From NCBI GenBank assembly GCA_018716965.1, contig DVJF01000002.1, positions 1 to 60,298 on the forward strand: a DNA stretch of 60,298 nucleotides. Direction: 5' to 3'. Numbering within the stretch: position 1 is the first letter of the stretch; each line of letters opens with the position of its first letter. This stretch comes from Candidatus Caccenecus avistercoris. Lineage in GTDB: Bacteria > Bacillota_I > Bacilli_A > RF39 > UBA660. The position numbers were made by a program, and so were the translations under genes. The notes below the pieces were generated by a model. That model saw nothing but the letters and a program-made list of their open reading frames with translations, ran no database searches and had not been told where the DNA came from. Below, piece after piece: positions 59,712 to 60,298 of this stretch.

Positions 59712-60219
59712 TATTGACTTGATAACCTAGTCCTCTTACAGTTAATATAATTTTAGGATTGGTCATATCATCTTCAATTTTTTCTCTTATTCTTTTGATA
59801 TAAACGGTTAGAGTATTATCATTTACATATTCTTCCTCTGTATCCCAAATATTTGCTAAAATGCTTTCTCTGGTAAAGACCTTGCTTGGCTGCATACATA
59901 AAATTAAAAGAATTTTGTATTCTAAAGCAGTTAAGAAAACTGGTTTATCTTTTTTAAATACTTTAGCTTCTTTTAAATGAATAGTAATATCTTGAATTTT
60001 TATAATATTTTGTTCTTCTTTTTTGGTTCTTCTAAGTACTGAATGAATGCGGCTTATTAGTTCTCTTGTTTTAAAGGGTTTCGTTATATAATCATCAGCG
60101 CCACTGTCTAAAGCTTCCACAATACTTAATTCCGAATCGTTCGCTGTTAAAAAAATAGTGGGAATATCGAGACTGCTGAAAAAGTAGTGTAAAAAAATGA
60201 TAATTTGAGATTTTATTTT
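59701..60219 (-). pseudogene. OmpR-family response regulator lacking its 5' third
   Basis: The open frame reads ...SSLDIPTIFLTANDSELSIVEALDSGADDYITKPF plus a complete winged-helix domain. Family similarity stops at about 60180, an in-frame TGA lies at 60220..60222, and there is no ATG or SD. The phospho-acceptor Asp region is absent. Confidence 0.7.
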
Positions 60220-60231
60220 TCAGATTATCAT
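60197..60231. terminator. bidirectional-looking terminator hairpin abutting the truncated regulator
   Basis: Stem atgataatttga/tcagattatcat (one mismatch), flanked by an A-run and a T-run. Confidence 0.6.
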
Positions 60232-60298
60232 TTTTTATTGATTTTTTTTAAATAATACTTTTTTAAATGTTATTTAACTGTGTTTTTTTCTGCTTTTT

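Noticed and set aside
1-60298. CRISPR arrays, rRNA genes, IS elements or transposases, and integrases.
   Set aside because: I saw no regularly spaced direct repeats, no rRNA-like conserved stretches, and no ORF with transposase or recombinase motifs.

Overview
The window is AT-rich and has a Bacillota-type gene order, with most genes on the minus strand. By eye it is about 25-30% GC; hand-counted 60-nt blocks next to 28141-28380 give 23-28%.

Housekeeping content:
- ileS behind a T-box leader.
- rimP-like, nusA, ylxR, infB, rbfA and truB.
- mreC, mreD, spoIVFA-like, spoIVFB-like, then rplU, prp and rpmA, in B. subtilis-like synteny.
- dacB, spmA and spmB; trmB; a metA homologue; a PMM/PGM-type mutase; CotF-like pairs; two single tRNA genes, Glu-CUC and Gln-CUG.
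- The sporulation genes suggest an endospore-forming lineage. I cannot name the species.

Accessory content:
1. A giant RHS/YD-repeat toxin-like gene fills 1..5404 on the minus strand. It is missing from the ORF track only because it has no stop codon inside the window. A small coiled-coil/HTH ORF and an orphan phage tail-collar gene lie upstream of it.
2. A FIST / aldehyde dehydrogenase / SDR block looks less AT-rich than its surroundings. It is flanked on each side by an intact gene plus a decayed tandem copy (RhuM-Fic/Doc on one side, ORF6N on the other).
3. A membrane-anchored secreted protein gene (28200..29444) has an unusual 3' end. Its last ~60 codons and ~40 nt of 3' flank switch to about 52% GC with runs of NNC codons, followed by a GC-rich hairpin with no U-tract. 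I read this as a candidate diversity-generating retroelement (DGR) variable region.
   - No reverse transcriptase, Avd or template repeat is visible in the window.
   - It lies back-to-back with an XRE / Y-family polymerase / YolD cassette.
4. A Bce-like module (histidine kinase, ABC ATPase, FtsX permease, operator-like inverted repeat) has a response-regulator gene truncated at its 5' end.
5. There is a frameshifted PemK/MazF-like gene.

No CRISPR array, rRNA, transposase or integrase was recognised.
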